From assembly GCA_965202585.1 (NCBI GenBank), contig OZ241830.1, positions 29,698,001 to 29,762,000 of the forward strand: a DNA stretch of 64,000 bases, in the 5' to 3' direction. The notes under the pieces were generated by a model that made no database searches, was not told where the DNA came from, and saw only the letters and a program-made list of their open reading frames with translations. Origin of the DNA: Thalia democratica (taxonomy: Eukaryota). Made by a program: the position numbers and the translations under genes. Each line of letters begins with the position of its first letter. Positions within the stretch are counted from its first letter, which is position 1. Of this stretch, positions 23,387-38,300 are shown in pieces.

Positions 23387-26300
23387 ATGAAGGTTTCAGT
23401 ATTGATCATACTCAAAATAACTTTATTGTTAAACTATGTGGTGAGTTATGGTTTTGAAGAATAAAACTAAATTCGATATTTTTTTTATAAACATTTGTTT
23501 GGTAGGTAAAAAAAAGTATCTTTTTAGAACAAAACCGAAGTATCATTTTTTACAATATATTTTTTTTTAATTAAAACAAACAATCTTGGTAAAATAAGAC
23601 TTTGAGAAATTCACAAACACGCTGTTTGCTTAGTATCGACACTTAAACTAGTTTTCTCCTTGAAAAATTTCAATACAAGTATACAATTTGCATAGCTTTG
23701 TTTACATTAATTTTTTTGCTGGGAAAGGGCTATATAAAATTTGAAAGTATTTATGTATGAAATAACTAGTTTCACAGTAAAAATATAATTTTTATAATAA
23801 CTTTTTTGTTTATGGGTGTGGAAATAATTTGGTCGTTGAAATACATTTCTGTTTTGAGTTGCACTTAAAACATTTGATTTCTTTTTAATAATAAAGTATA
23901 ATAAAAAAAACTTAGACTATAAAATAGCTAATTCTTTACAGTTTTAAGCTTTCAAGACAAAAAAATAAAAAATCTGTTTGAACTTTAAAAGAATTCTTTT
24001 TATGTAAGTTAATGTTAATAAAAGGTTTATAATACAATAAGTAGTAGTTATAACTTATAAGCTTTTGTATTTAATTTTACTACTATAAACTTTTATAATA
24101 ACAGCTATCAATAAAAGATATTTACTAAATATACAAATTTAATATACAACATAAATAAAATTTTTAATTTTGTTTAAAAAGGTAAATATATTTGGGTTTA
24201 TAACTATTAGATCTAACATTTTTTGATTCATTTTTAATATGTGAGTTAAACATATATGTAGTTTTAAAACTTATTTGATATCAATTGCGTAAATGTTTTA
24301 TACATACTTTAAACTAAAAAAAAAATCTTATTTTCTACAACAGTATTTGATTTGCAGTTTTTTATTTATTTAAGATCAAAGTATTTCCAGAAAGCCAAGT
24401 ATCTGACAGGAACTAGTTTTTTTATTTACGTTTACGACTTTAAAAGTTTAGAATTTAAAAGCTTATTAAAAATTCTTCAACCCAAGTTAGAAGTACAATC
24501 ACACAAACCAAACCGAACTTTCAACTCTGTTTGTACTTTTAAATTTGTGAATTCAAAAAAAACTCAAACTTTTTTAATGTTCTCCCACAGACGTCATACC
24601 AACTCTCGAAGATGTTCGAGGATGACGTAGTGCTTGAGAAGGACACTAGGGGTCACCAGGGAGGCTACAAACTCCCGGACAGTGACGTAAGAAAGGCGGT
24701 GAGGAGGCAGCCGAAAAGCTTCGTCACGGTTTCAAATTTCCCTTCCACCATCGGCACCAATTACAAGTTTCAAGTTGGTTAATTTTATTGAAGAAAATAT
24801 GTGTTCCGATTAAGTTTTTTTCATGAAGTTCCACCAATTTTGTACTTTTGTGGACAATCTTGAGATATAAATTTAATTACTTTTTGTTCGATTTATATTA
24901 GTTATTAATTTCAACTATGCTTTTTATTGTTTTTTTTTCAAGACATGTGTTTACAAACTTGTTGTTTTTTATTAGTGTTTGGTTTAAATCTTAAATGATA
25001 TGATTTTATTGTATAAAAAACTTTATTTTAAAAATAAATTAGTTGCAGTTGTGTATCACAACATTATTAAAACTTACAAAACAGCTTTTTATTGACGAAA
25101 AATAGATTTCACAGTTTGTTTATTTTAAACTTTTAATCATTGTTTGATAGTTTGTTTATTTGAATGAAATTTGTTCAAAAACAGTAAGATTATTCACACT
25201 CAAAAACACGAATAACTAAAACAAACATCTTCAAAAAACTTTGAATAACTTTGTCAAACACTGTTTACAAAAAACTTTCCTTATTAATCTACTTATTGAT
25301 TAAAGCACATTATTTTTACTAAAGTAAGAAAAAAGGAACGTTTATACATAAATATTTGATCGAAGACTTTTATAATTAAATTAAATTTTTCAACAATATT
25401 TCTCATCCTAGATTGCCTACAACTGCGTGAAAAAGTCCATAATAATCATCTTCGTTGACGGTTACCTTGACGACGATCTCACCCATAGAAACGCCACCAA
25501 CCCATTGTTGAAGTACGACCCGGAAATTGTGGGAAAGTACCGGGTGGTTTGCAAGCCCGACTACTACCAGTTTGCCACCAAGCGGATGGGAATGTTGAAC
25601 ATAAACAGAAAGTTCACTCAGAGAAGTTCCGTGGTCATGCCTTTTATTTCACAGTTGAATGATGTCAAACTAAAGGTACTTTGTTTATCTGTTTTTTACT
25701 GACGAAGTTAAATATTTCTTAATAGTAAATATACTTAGTTAGTTTGAATAGTTATAAACTTAATTTTTATTGTACGCTTGAAAATTTTTTTAAATTTCCT
25801 TCAAAATTATTCAAAATAATTATATAATAAACTTTTATTTTTAGTTTTAAAACATATTTTCAATAAAGTTTTTTGGTTTTATTTTTTTTAATAGTCTAAG
25901 TATAATAGCACATTATTTAAAGGACAGATACAAAACTTTCACAATACTATTTCTTGACGTCATGTAGAATTATATAAGTACAACTTATTAATAAATTTAT
26001 AAAATAGTTCAAGAGGTATCCTCACAAACAATTATATATAAAATCAATTTAAAATACTTTTAGAAAATTGGTTAAAAAAGTTAAGTTTAAAAACCAATTT
26101 TTTTTCCACTACCTAAATTAGTTTAACGCTTTACAGGGTTTTATGCTTGATTATAATCTTTGGAAGACAGTTAAGAAACAGATTCATGGACCAAGGCATC
26201 TATATCATTTAATCATGGACAAGTAAGTTTACAAAATAAAAATTTTCAAACTGTTGTTTTATCTTTTAGAAGAAAGTTAAACTAAGAAATCAGTATTTTG

Positions 26301-29300
26301 TTGCTTAGTAAACAAGTTAGTTTTTATGGCTTTTAATTTATGTATTTAAAATTGTGACTTATAAAACGTTAAACATTACAAGGTTTATACAAATTTGTAA
26401 AGTATTTATTTGAATAAGAAATTTCAAATACTTGGAATTTAGATATTTGCTGTTACAAGAATTATATAAGAAGCTAACAGTTTTTTTTGTAAATCAGAGC
26501 TGTTATTACACTAAACGCAACACTTGAGACCAATGAGGACAAGGAACAACCAGATAAGAGTTTTTCCTGGTTGTACAAAGCAATCGATGACAAAATTGCT
26601 ATGAAGCCTCTGCAATCTATTAGGGAAAACGGTAACTTCAAATGTTTTTTCAATACTTTTCTTTAATGCTATTAATAAATATTTGATATGACCAGAAAAA
26701 TAGTTAATAACTCCGTTTTTGTTTTTAATCATAGCTTGTTATATAAACGCCTAAAGTAAAACATATTTGCTTAACGATATACTCTATAGTTTTAGCTTTA
26801 GATTAACAACTAGCTTAAAAACTGGTGTATAAATCTTTTACAAACCTTTATTTCAAACGCTGACTTCAAGACTATGTTATAAAATTTTATCATACTGTTC
26901 TTAATAGTTTTAAGTTAAAGTAAAATTTAAATGTATAACAATGTGAAACAGATTGTGTCGATTTGGTTACACACCCGGTAATAATGAACGAGCAACCTTA
27001 CGGAGTGACAGCCTCATTGACTCCATACAGAAACACTCATCTCAATAACCTGGCTAAAATTCATAAAACAAGGTAGATTTTAGCTGTACCTAAAAACTAT
27101 ATTTTTACTTTACTTAACTACTTATTTTTAATCAGAGTTTTAACAGATAACTATTTTATATGCATTTTTATATCAAAGTATAAGTAATTTTACAGTTTAA
27201 ACTATAATGAAATAGTTGTTTTATTATTGATACTGTTAATTGAGTATTAAAGTACCAGAATAATTTTTAAAATGGTAAAATAAGTTTTGTTACTTCACAC
27301 ATTATAAGTGAAAATCTAGCTAAGCGGCAGAACGAGATATCCATTTGACGGCCGGTAATCTGCCGTCAAAACAATTTTATTTTAAAACAATGCTACAAAA
27401 AACTGTTTTCACGACGCAAAGATTGAGATTTTTTATAATTTAGCTTTAAAATATTTATTAATAAACGTCATTTAAAAATGGAAATGTTTACAAACTTGTA
27501 AGTTTTTGTTGACTACATTAACAAACGTTAGGTATACAAATATACATTTAATAAATATCATATATTAAATTTCTCATCTTCTGTCTTACTTTTAAACATA
27601 ATTTTTAAATATTTATATCTATATTCCATTTCAGAAAGTTTTTCTTTTAAAACAAGTTCTAACCAAGGAATAATCTCCACAGATTTAGTTTCAAGTCGAC
27701 ATTTTACCTGCTATCTTGGTGCAAAACAAACGTTATGTGCAGTCTACTTCAACATATCACAAGTGATGATAAAATGGAATCACCAGTCGTTCTCATTAAC
27801 AGTCAGGGTGAGTTATAACGATTCTTTAACAAAGACTATTTAATAGGATAGGAGTACAATTTATTGTGAAAGTAAAGGTTTTATGATCGACATTAACGTC
27901 TATGCTTTTTAAATAAAAACCAGTAATATACAAACATTTTCTTTAGATAAGTTTAAACTATGCATAAACATAGTGACTAGTGTATTTATGCTAGTCATTA
28001 TTTTGTTACTAATGTAAAAACCTACGCGTTCGTTAGTGCACAAGCAACCTCTTCACTGCACTTTTAGGTTCACACCTTTTAATATTACTGCAAGACAAGT
28101 GTGCATAAAACGAGATTCATTATTATTGTTGTCACAATAGTTTGGTTTGAATATTGATAGTTATCAAAATTTATACAAGATTAATTAAGAACTTTTGATG
28201 ATTGTAAACATTGTTTATAACCTCTTTTAGGTCAGATCCAAGTACAGATGCGGACCACTGGGAAAAGGTCGCTTGCCCACATAACACCATGGACAGTGCC
28301 CACTAACAAGTGGATCAACCTCGACCTTAAAATTGAAAACTCACTGGTTTGTTTTAGTATTGTACATTTTGTTTAAATTTTACATAGTACCTTGTATGTC
28401 TCTTTTCTCGATCTTAAAATTTAGAACTCTTTGGTTGTTTGATTTATTATTAATGCTATTTTTTAATGTACTGCAAAAAATAAAATAAAATTGGCAATAA
28501 AATAAAAAACTCAATGCTAAAAAAAATAACATTAATTTGTATAACTAAAGTTTAAATAATGTCTTTGGTTAATATTAAAAATTTACTGTTGAAACTAAGT
28601 ACACATCTGATTGTTTATTTCTTTTTGAAAACATTAAAAAGTTTTTTTTTACTAATTAAAATTCAAACTATTATCGTTTAAAATCAAGTATTAAAAAAGT
28701 ATTTTTCTGGTATACTTTAACACTCAAAATTTTAATATTTTGATTATCAACGTTTACTAAATGACTACATTTTAATTTTTTTGTGACCATTTAAACCAAT
28801 TGTAACTAAATTAATTCAATTTGTTTTTGTAGATAAACATGACAATGAGTTACGTTAACAAAGAAAAAGAAGACAAACACTTCCTTGCTTTGTTAGTTTT
28901 TATTAATTGTAAGCTTACTCTTTAGACATTGCATATTTTATGTAGATTGATAGATGCTATTAAACAAAACCAACTAATGAGTTTTTATGATTTATTTATA
29001 AAAGCTAATAAAATGACGAGTCAAAAATTACAAAATAAGTTCTACGCTATCTTTATCCTGATTGATATAAAATCACTACTTTTTACTAATTTAGTCAATT
29101 TTTCATTGTTAATAAGTAAAAATTTAAGTTTGAGTTCAAATAGTTAGCAACATGTTGACAAAATTGATTTTTCTGACAAGGTTCGGAGCACCAGTCAAAT
29201 ACGAGTATGACGACGGGTACTTGCTGATTGGGGGAAGTTTGTTCTGCAAGAACCTGGATGCGATTGTGACGAGAGCAACCGTTTGCAGGAACAAGATCAT

Positions 29301-32300
29301 GCAGGGCGAAGTTGAGATTGTGAGTTTTTTTAGGTAATTGTATTCTTGAAATATGATAGACACTTAGTATCGTTTAATTAGTTGTAGTTTAATTTTGTGT
29401 ACAATAAGATGAGTTATAAGTTACAAAAGCAATTTATACACAAAGTTTTGTAGATTTAGTTGAAAAAACACAAAATTTAATCGAAAGGTATCCGTATGAT
29501 CTGTAAAAATATATTACTGACGTTGGATGCTTTAAGAAATGCAAAAGCTATTTTAAGCGAATTAAATACAATAACTAACCTCTGTTGTTCAGTGTTTGTT
29601 TTTGTGTTTATGATTAATGAGTTCCGCTGGTAAATGGTAGTATATAATTTTTTAATTTATAAATAGCTTTCGTTTGTGGTTTTTATACTTGTTATATCTA
29701 TATTTTTATCTGAAAATGCATCACTAGATAAAACTTTACAAAACTTTATAAAACTTCTTTAAATGTTTTTATAAAACTATTTTAAGATAAGATTTAAACC
29801 TAAAAGTAATAAACTAAAGCTTCTAGTAAATTAAGTTAAAATAAAACTAGGAAACGGTGATAGTAAACCATACTTAAAGCTACAAGATTAATTTAGACAT
29901 GAAAAAATTACAATGATATTTTTAAGCAAAACGTGAAGAACAATACAAGCTGATCATTACGTAGATACTTCAAAAATTTTGTCCTTTAAAAACCTTTTTC
30001 TTTTAAAACTAACAATATACGCGTATATATTAATTAATGAACTTTACCACAAGATCAAAAACAACAGCATCCGAGATTTCCTACTACCGGTTTCGTCCTA
30101 ATTCGGACCGGTCGTAGGATGTTTCGGATGTTGTTGTTGATTGGCACGAAACATCTCAACACTGTTGATGATGGCCGTAATAACTATTGGTTTAATACAC
30201 ACGTATAAAATGATACTATATAAAATGATGTTATAAGTCTTTTAAAATACAACTTTTAATAAGCCTGAAATGTTCACTCATTTCCACTAAAACCTTATAA
30301 AAACAGACGGAATCAGACAAAAATGAATGGGAATCGTTAGGCTCCAGCTTTAATGAAGAAAGTCTGCTCAAGGAAGATGTGATAAAAAGCTATTTTCTCC
30401 ATCACAACAGAAAAGACTCGTTTGAAAGTTTGTTGAATATGTTTACTAAAACTTGTATATAAAACGTACAAGTATTTTTTAACTTAGACATGTGAGTTTA
30501 TCTTTTAAGTTGGCAACGGGTATAATTATAAAGAAAGACACATTTGAAATTTTGTTAATCGTAATCGCTTAGATATAAATTATATTAGAATCGATTTTAA
30601 AATTATACCTCAAAAATAAAATGTTCAATATTTATTTATAATCGGGTATGATTAAAATAAAGGAGAAAAAAATTTGTTGTTCTATAACAGAAATTTGTCG
30701 CCCCAAGTTCTTAGAAATGATCGAAAGTTCAAAAAACAACAAACAAGTTTGTGAACTGAAAGAACCTCCTACATCAAGGTATTCATTAAAACCATTCACT
30801 AAGAATTTTTTTTAATATTATTTTAGTACCATTAAAGTATATATTATTTTAAATTAGTTTTTTCTTACTGTTGTTTTTAAATAACTATTAAAAAAAAAAA
30901 GTTTGCAATAACACAAATAACTAAGTATTACACAGTTTCTATAACTTATTTATATTTAATTTACAAGGTTAAAAAGCAAAATCTAACTTTTGTTTTATTA
31001 GTTATATAAAATTTACAACAAAACTTTACTATACAGAAATGAAGAATATTTCAATCTAGATGAAATAATCAAAGAATTGCCGAGAAATCTATCAAAACTT
31101 GGAGTTATTGATTCAACTACAGAAACTATGATGGATGCTTTTCTACAAAAAATGGTTATTATTTTTGTTATTTGTTATAATTTTGATTTTTTTAGATGTT
31201 GTAAACGTAACTTTATGTGGTAAAACTTTTTTAATATATATAAAAACTTAAACAATAGTATAAATACTAAATTTGATAAATATGTTTTTAAATGTACGAT
31301 AGTTGAACTAGTTTTGACTAGAAAGTTATGAACAGAATCCTAGTAAACTTCGATACAGATATAATTTTTAAAACAATTTATGTTCCCGTTTATATTTTTG
31401 TTTTACAAAAGTTAATTGTTCGTTTATTTCAAGTATGAAATAAAAAAATCTAGTAAAACATTACCAAAAATTAACTTCTACATATCAGTTTTTTTTATTA
31501 AAGGAAACAATGGACCACTTCGACGAGTTTGGTGATCACGTGAGTCTATTGAAACAATCTGCACAATTGGGTAATCCCCTTGCTCATTACTACTTATATG
31601 TAGTTTACAAGAACGGTATATCAGTAGATATCAACATGAAACAGGTCAGACATAAAATATTTGTTAAAGCTTTTGTTTAAAAACAAGTTGTCTTTTTAAT
31701 AATGGGAATATTTTCACACTTTAACTCCTTACTTAAATGTTTATATTAGTTCATACCATATAAACGTAAATGCTTTTTATGTAGTTCTGAAGTAATGATG
31801 TAACATAAACACAAACTTATATTTTAAGTGATAGGGATCTTTTACATGTTTTGAAAAAGCTGTATTCAATCTTTTTTTTCCTATTTATTTGAAGTACTTA
31901 CAATTATCATTCCCTTTAAATCAAAAACAAACATACTAAAAATGAAATTTGTTTGAACCTTTGTTATTAAGTTTTTACGTTTGTTAAAGTAAAGACTCTT
32001 TTAACTCATTAAATCTTGAGCTAAATACTAAAATTTAATAAGCGCTTTACAATGAAAACAGGCCAAGTACCATCTATTAAGCGGTGCAAGGTTAAACGAC
32101 AGACTTTGTATAAAAACACTTGGATATCACCATTTGATGGGTACCAACGGATTCCCTCAATCTAACGAATTCGCTATTTGTGAGTTAAGATGGTGTTTAA
32201 ACTATCAACCATTAAACTTTTTTATATACTTTTACATAACAACTTATTATCATACAAGATATTAAAAAAACTAGGTACGAACATATGCTTTTTTTACTTA

Positions 32301-35300
32301 TTAAATACTTAGAAAGTTAAGATCATATAACTAGTAATAAAAAAATCAAAAATCTAACTTGAAAAAAACTTGAGGCTTTGCATGTACTCGGATTATTCAT
32401 TATTTTGCAGATTACTATCTCAACTCTGCCCACAAAACCCAGATGGATTTGCAGACGCATTCTGAAAAAATGGTAGTTTTGCTACTTTGTAAAAAGAAAT
32501 AATAATTACTGACTTATGCTTATTTTTATTTCGAAGTCATATTACAGCAAATTGTTTACTACTCGACAAATTTTTCTTTAAACGTATTTGTAGTTATAAT
32601 GTTTGAGTATAGTAAACTTTTTCCAATGGAACAGGATATTTGATTTAAGGTTATTTTTCATTATTATCACAGACTTCAGTAAACATGGTGAGATTGACTG
32701 ATGAAAGACAGATGAAAGCGCAACTTGATCAAGAAGCAGATTTGTTCGAATGGATCAAACTACAAGCTAACAAGGGTGTCCAATCTGCACAGGTTGGTAG
32801 TTGTGTTCTTTAAACAAGTAATTACTTTGAAGCTTTTTAGTGTAAATTTTAAACATTAAACATACAAAGATGCTTTATTTACTGCATAAACTACTATTTA
32901 ATTTATTGTTATCAACTGTATGAACTTTTACATATTTTAAAATGACCAAGATAACAGCTAACACATTTTTACAATTTTAAGAAATACAGTTTGATAGCCA
33001 ACTTGAAATTTCAGTATCATCTGTTAAAAACAGATTTTACTTATGTTTAGATTAAATGAAAACCATTAAAAACATAGTTTATTTTTTATAGTAAAGAAAT
33101 AATTCAAGCAGTCTTATTCTTTTACAAATAAATATATGTATTTTCACTACTATAATATGAAAACGATATTCAAATTTTTGATTATGATTTTATTAAACTA
33201 AGTAAAAAAACGGTTTGTGCTTAAAAAAATTGATCAATAAGCTTTGTACAACAATATGACGTAGAAAAATTTATAAAACTGAATAATTTCTTCTTTCTTG
33301 CTCACAATCCAAGCCTTTATATTTTCCCAAAGAGAACAATTTCTTTCACTTTTACTCGCAATCGAACACTATAGTACTTATTACATTTTATATAACCAAC
33401 ACTCGTACATTTTCTCACAGAGAAACATGGCGAGATTGTTGTACTGGGGCCAACAAGGCTTGCAGAGAAACTTGCAAGAAGCAGTCAAGTATTACGAGAA
33501 GGCAGCAGAAACAGGAGACCCGGCTGCCATGTACGACTACGGAGTTGTTCTTGTGAAGGTGAGTAGTTATTGTTCTTGTTGTTACTTGAAAGTTTGTAGC
33601 TTTTTTACAGCAAACGGCACACAGGTCATAACAAACTACTAAAATAAATTGCAGACTTAATTTAGATAATCTTGAACTAAAATAAAAAAGTTCAAAATTT
33701 TCAAAACTTAGAACAACGTAAACTAAATGTACACTGTTGCTTCCAATATAGGGGTGGGCAACGTTTTTCAATCAACGGGCCGGATCCGGAAAATTTAAGT
33801 CTTTTGCAGGCCGGAGCATTTCCAATTAGTGATTTACCGAATCCAGTATCTGGATCAAGCCGAAATATGACTTCTTAGATCCGAATCCGACTGGATACTA
33901 ATTTTAAGTCGAAATCCGGATCCGGTCGGATTTTAACTATAAAAAAAGTTTTGGATCCGGTCGGATTCTAAGTTGATCACTTTTTTGAATCCTTCAAATT
34001 CACAAAACTTTCTCAAGTCTGATAACTTAAAATGTAGATTGAGACGTGCCAATTGTTTAAATAATGTCTATGAATAGAATTGACATTGTAATTGACAAAT
34101 ATCGTACTTAAAAAAACACTTTGCTTTGAGTGATTTGCCAAAAAGATATTCCAACACAAAATATTAGGACAAAATGGTGTATTTTTTAGTACAAAAAAAT
34201 CTATAAAGTTATTTTTTAGCATGTTTTTAAAGTCAAAATCTAACAGTTTTGTGTTGTAAAAGTATTATAAAAAGTTTTATGAAAATTTTGTAATATTGAC
34301 TCTTGGCGGGCCTGCCACTTTGCTCGCGGGCCGGTCATTTTCACTCTGCGAGCCGGATCCGGCCCGCGGGCCGTAAGTTGCCCACACCTACTCTAGTACA
34401 AATTTTTAATTAAAGTATAAACTACGATTTAGTTTAAAAATACTTTTGCAATTAATATTGATTGTCGTAAAAAACAAACATCTTACATTCAAGGGTCATG
34501 GAACGGAAGAAAATGTAGACAAGGGTATAGAAATATTAAAAAAAGCCGCTGATTTAAATAACCCTGGAGCATTAAACACTCTTGGATGGTTTGAAATTAT
34601 TTTTATATTACTAAATTTATTGCTTTAGAATTTTTGGTAGAACTTGTTTAAACTTTACAAATTCTGTTTTACCAGAAATTCGCAAAACTTCTAAATTTAC
34701 CTGTTTTACTTTATTGTTTTCTATTATGTAAAAAACAATGAAATAAAGTAATTTTTTATCTTAATTCTTAAAAATCACAATTATTTTTTATCTTAAATAT
34801 AAGCGATACTTATATTTAGACAGTTAATAAAATCTCATTTTCAATCTCGTTTCGTTGTAGGTTTTACTCAACGAAAGAGGTGAACTACACGAAAGCAACT
34901 GAGTATTTCGAAAGATCTGACAGACTGGGATCCCCGGATGCTGCTTACAATCTCGGACACATGTTCCACACCGGGAAGCATCCCGAAGGAAGAAACCTGG
35001 TTAGAAACTTATAAAATACTGTAAAAACTTAAGCATTGGTAGGAACTTATAAAACACTGTTTTATATTACAGTTAAAAAACGATTTAAGTAAGCTTTATC
35101 AAATTAAATTATATGGATACTTAACACATAACAAACAGAATATACTTTAATTTAATCGCTATTTGCAACGAAGCTTCGACACTTAACTAGTCTTTTTAAC
35201 TTTTAAAGCTTTATAAGAACTCCAAAAAAAGTTAATCAAATTTTCACAGAAAAAAGCGTTTTTGAAGTATTACAGATCGGCGTCACTGGGTCACATCGAA

Positions 35301-38300
35301 TCTTGCCTGCAGGTGGCGTACTTCTACAATGTGGGCATCAAAAAGTTCCTACCTGCCAATCCCAACATTGCTGCCAAGTTAGTAGCTAAGTAGCTTTGTT
35401 TGTCAATACTTGATTTATTTTTTTGCCTGTATACTAAATGATGAAATTTATACACACTTTATTATGATTAGTTCTTTATCTATGATGAAATCACTTATAC
35501 AAAAATTAGTTTTAGTCGGCTTAAACTTTGAAATACCTGTGTTTTGTTTGTTGACTACTTATCGACTTACGTAATACTTTTTTTTAATAAGAGTTTACTC
35601 TTTAACAACACTAAAAAAATTTAAAGCAAACAATTTACTTTGCAGACTTTAGTTATACTTTATTAAATATCTTATAACTCTTTTTTATTGCTTGTTTTAT
35701 TTTAATCTCTTATAACTGATCTTTTTTGTTATTTGAGGTTTTACTATCTATACAAAAAGTATCTTTATCTAGTTTAAAGGACAAAAGTTTTGGTAGTATC
35801 TACTTAAGTATTTGTGCTAAAAATAAAATTGATAAAGAAAAGCGCGTTTTAGCGACAAACTTGCTAACTTTTGAATTTCAGGTGGGCCAAGTTCTTGTCT
35901 GATAAGAACCCTGTGATGGGAGAAATTATAAGACAAGCTTTGCAAGCCTACAGAAACAATCAATGGTTTGTTTGTATCACTTTACAAAAAGAATTAATTT
36001 TATATACTTAAGCTTATTTTTTTGCAAAACTTAATAAAGCATTTGTCGATTAAATACAAAAGTTTAAAAAGGTTGTACAAACTTGATGTAGTGTAAATAG
36101 ATGATGATTTAAAAATGTCCTTATTGGTGAAAAAAATTTTAAATCTCACAACGCTTATACTATTTATAGTACCACTTTTTTACCAGGGCCAAATCGCTGT
36201 TTTTGTATTTGTCAGTTGCAGAGACTGGATTCGAAGTAGCATCGTTCAACACTGCTTACTTGTGTCAACAAAATAAAGTGAGTTTTACTTTTTAAACTTA
36301 AGTTTGTTTAGTTTTATTAAAATTTCTAAGCCTCTTGTAAAAGTACAGCTAATGAAAATTTTTGTAAAAATATTTCAAACTAACTTTACCTAATACTTAT
36401 TTAGTTTAAAAAAATATCACTACTTGATAACTAAAAAAACTAAATGTGCAATCATTGACAAAATACCATGAAAACCAATAAAATAAATCAAAAACTTAAA
36501 AAAACTACCTATATATACAATAAAATCAATTTTTACAGGAAAAAATAGGTAGTGTATTCAAAGACGAATGTATCTGGAGATTTTGGAATGAAAGTGCATC
36601 TAATAACAGACCACATCCTTACGGTAAACTATTTGATTATATGGAATATTTACTAATCTTCAAATTTTTTTTATACAAAAATAATCGTCTGTTATTAGTT
36701 TGTTTTTAAAAATATTTGGATATGTTGACTTTTTTTAAAATTGTTATCGATCAAATTTGTAACTCGCAATCAAAACTGTTAGTTTATGACTGTATTCGAG
36801 AATTTACTTCAATAAATAAAGTTTTATTGAAAAGCTACTTATAATCAAACACTATAACTGTTTACTTTCATAAATGTAAAGAAAGCATTTCTTTTAGTTA
36901 ATTGATATTGATGATTTCTTCAACAGTGGTAAACTGTAGAACTGTTTGTAAATCATTAAACTGTATTATCGCACTAGTAAGGCTTTCAAAAGTTTTTTTT
37001 TCAAGTCAAAATACTGCTTGTAGCAACAAGCAGCTAGTGATAACAAAAAAAAATGCTTTTTAATTATTCACAGCACTGAACAAAATGGGAGATTACCATT
37101 ATTACGGTGAAAACGGGAAAACACCTAACTTGAGCTTGGCACTGAACTTTTACGGTAGGGCTGCAGCTTGGAACCATAGTCATGTCAGTTATATAGATAC
37201 TTTTAATCAAAAAAGCAAATTTCTCTTTAGTACGGTCAGAGGGCCTAGAATTATAACTTACTTTGATTTTACAAAACGTTTTACAGATGTCAGAAACTGT
37301 TTAATAGCATTTAATTATTATTACTGCAAGTATTTTATAGTCAAATGGATATTAGAAATAAAAACAACACAGATTAAGACAAACAAACACAGTTTGAATA
37401 TAACATAATTAATATTTACTACTACAATTACTAAGATATTCAACGATTCTAATGCTAACCTCACAAATTCATTATAAAATACAAAACAACTAATAACATT
37501 TGAGTGACTTTAGCAATAAATAGACAACTTATTTATATATTTAAAGTTAAATCAATTTAATATATCTAAATAATAAACACATACTTAAATTTTTAAATTA
37601 AAAAAACTTAAGACTATTTAACAACGTTAATAAAATTCGTGTACAGACATAATCAACAGTAACCATATAAATTAATACAGGCGATATTCAACGTTGCCAC
37701 AATGCTACAACGTCACAAGCGTGAAATCAGTGATGCAGAACTTGAACTAACCCCGATGCCAGTAACTTTCAATTCATCCAATAGAGAGGAACTTGTTATT
37801 AAACTTTACACTATGTAAGTTGTGAAAATACGAAACACTTGTTTTTAGTAATGTATATTCTATATATTATCTCAAACTAACTCCAATGCCAGTAACTTTT
37901 AACTCGTCCATTAGAAAAGAACTTGTTATCAAGCTGTAAACTATATAATTTGTGAAAATACGAAATATTTATACTTGGTAATTTATTTTATTTGTATTAT
38001 TTCGAACTTAGTCTAATACCTGGAACTTTTTACTCATCCAATATATAATAACTTGTTTTCAAACTGTACACTAATTTAGTTTTAAAAATAGTAGCTAGTT
38101 TTGATAAATAATTTATGTACTATAAAAATATAACTTTTTGTTTTTGTTTCAATAAAGTCTTAATTGTCAAAGCTTTTGGGAACTGTGTTGTAAAAAACAG
38201 TTTTTTTCTTAAACTAATCAGTTGTTGTCTACATTGTCACATAAGTTTTTACGAATAACATATAAAGACTGCTTAAGAAAAATATAGTTTAATTAGAATT

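Noticed and set aside
30054-30180. GC-rich segment as an extra SEL1L3 exon
   Set aside because: The phase-0 frame from the acceptor at 30053 hits TAA, and exon 11 already supplies the about 40 aa expected from vertebrate SEL1L3.
30143-30270. snoRNA interpretation (two hairpins; TGATGA...CTGA)
   Set aside because: No ANANNA hinge or correctly placed ACA; the C box lacks the leading purine and there is no terminal stem.
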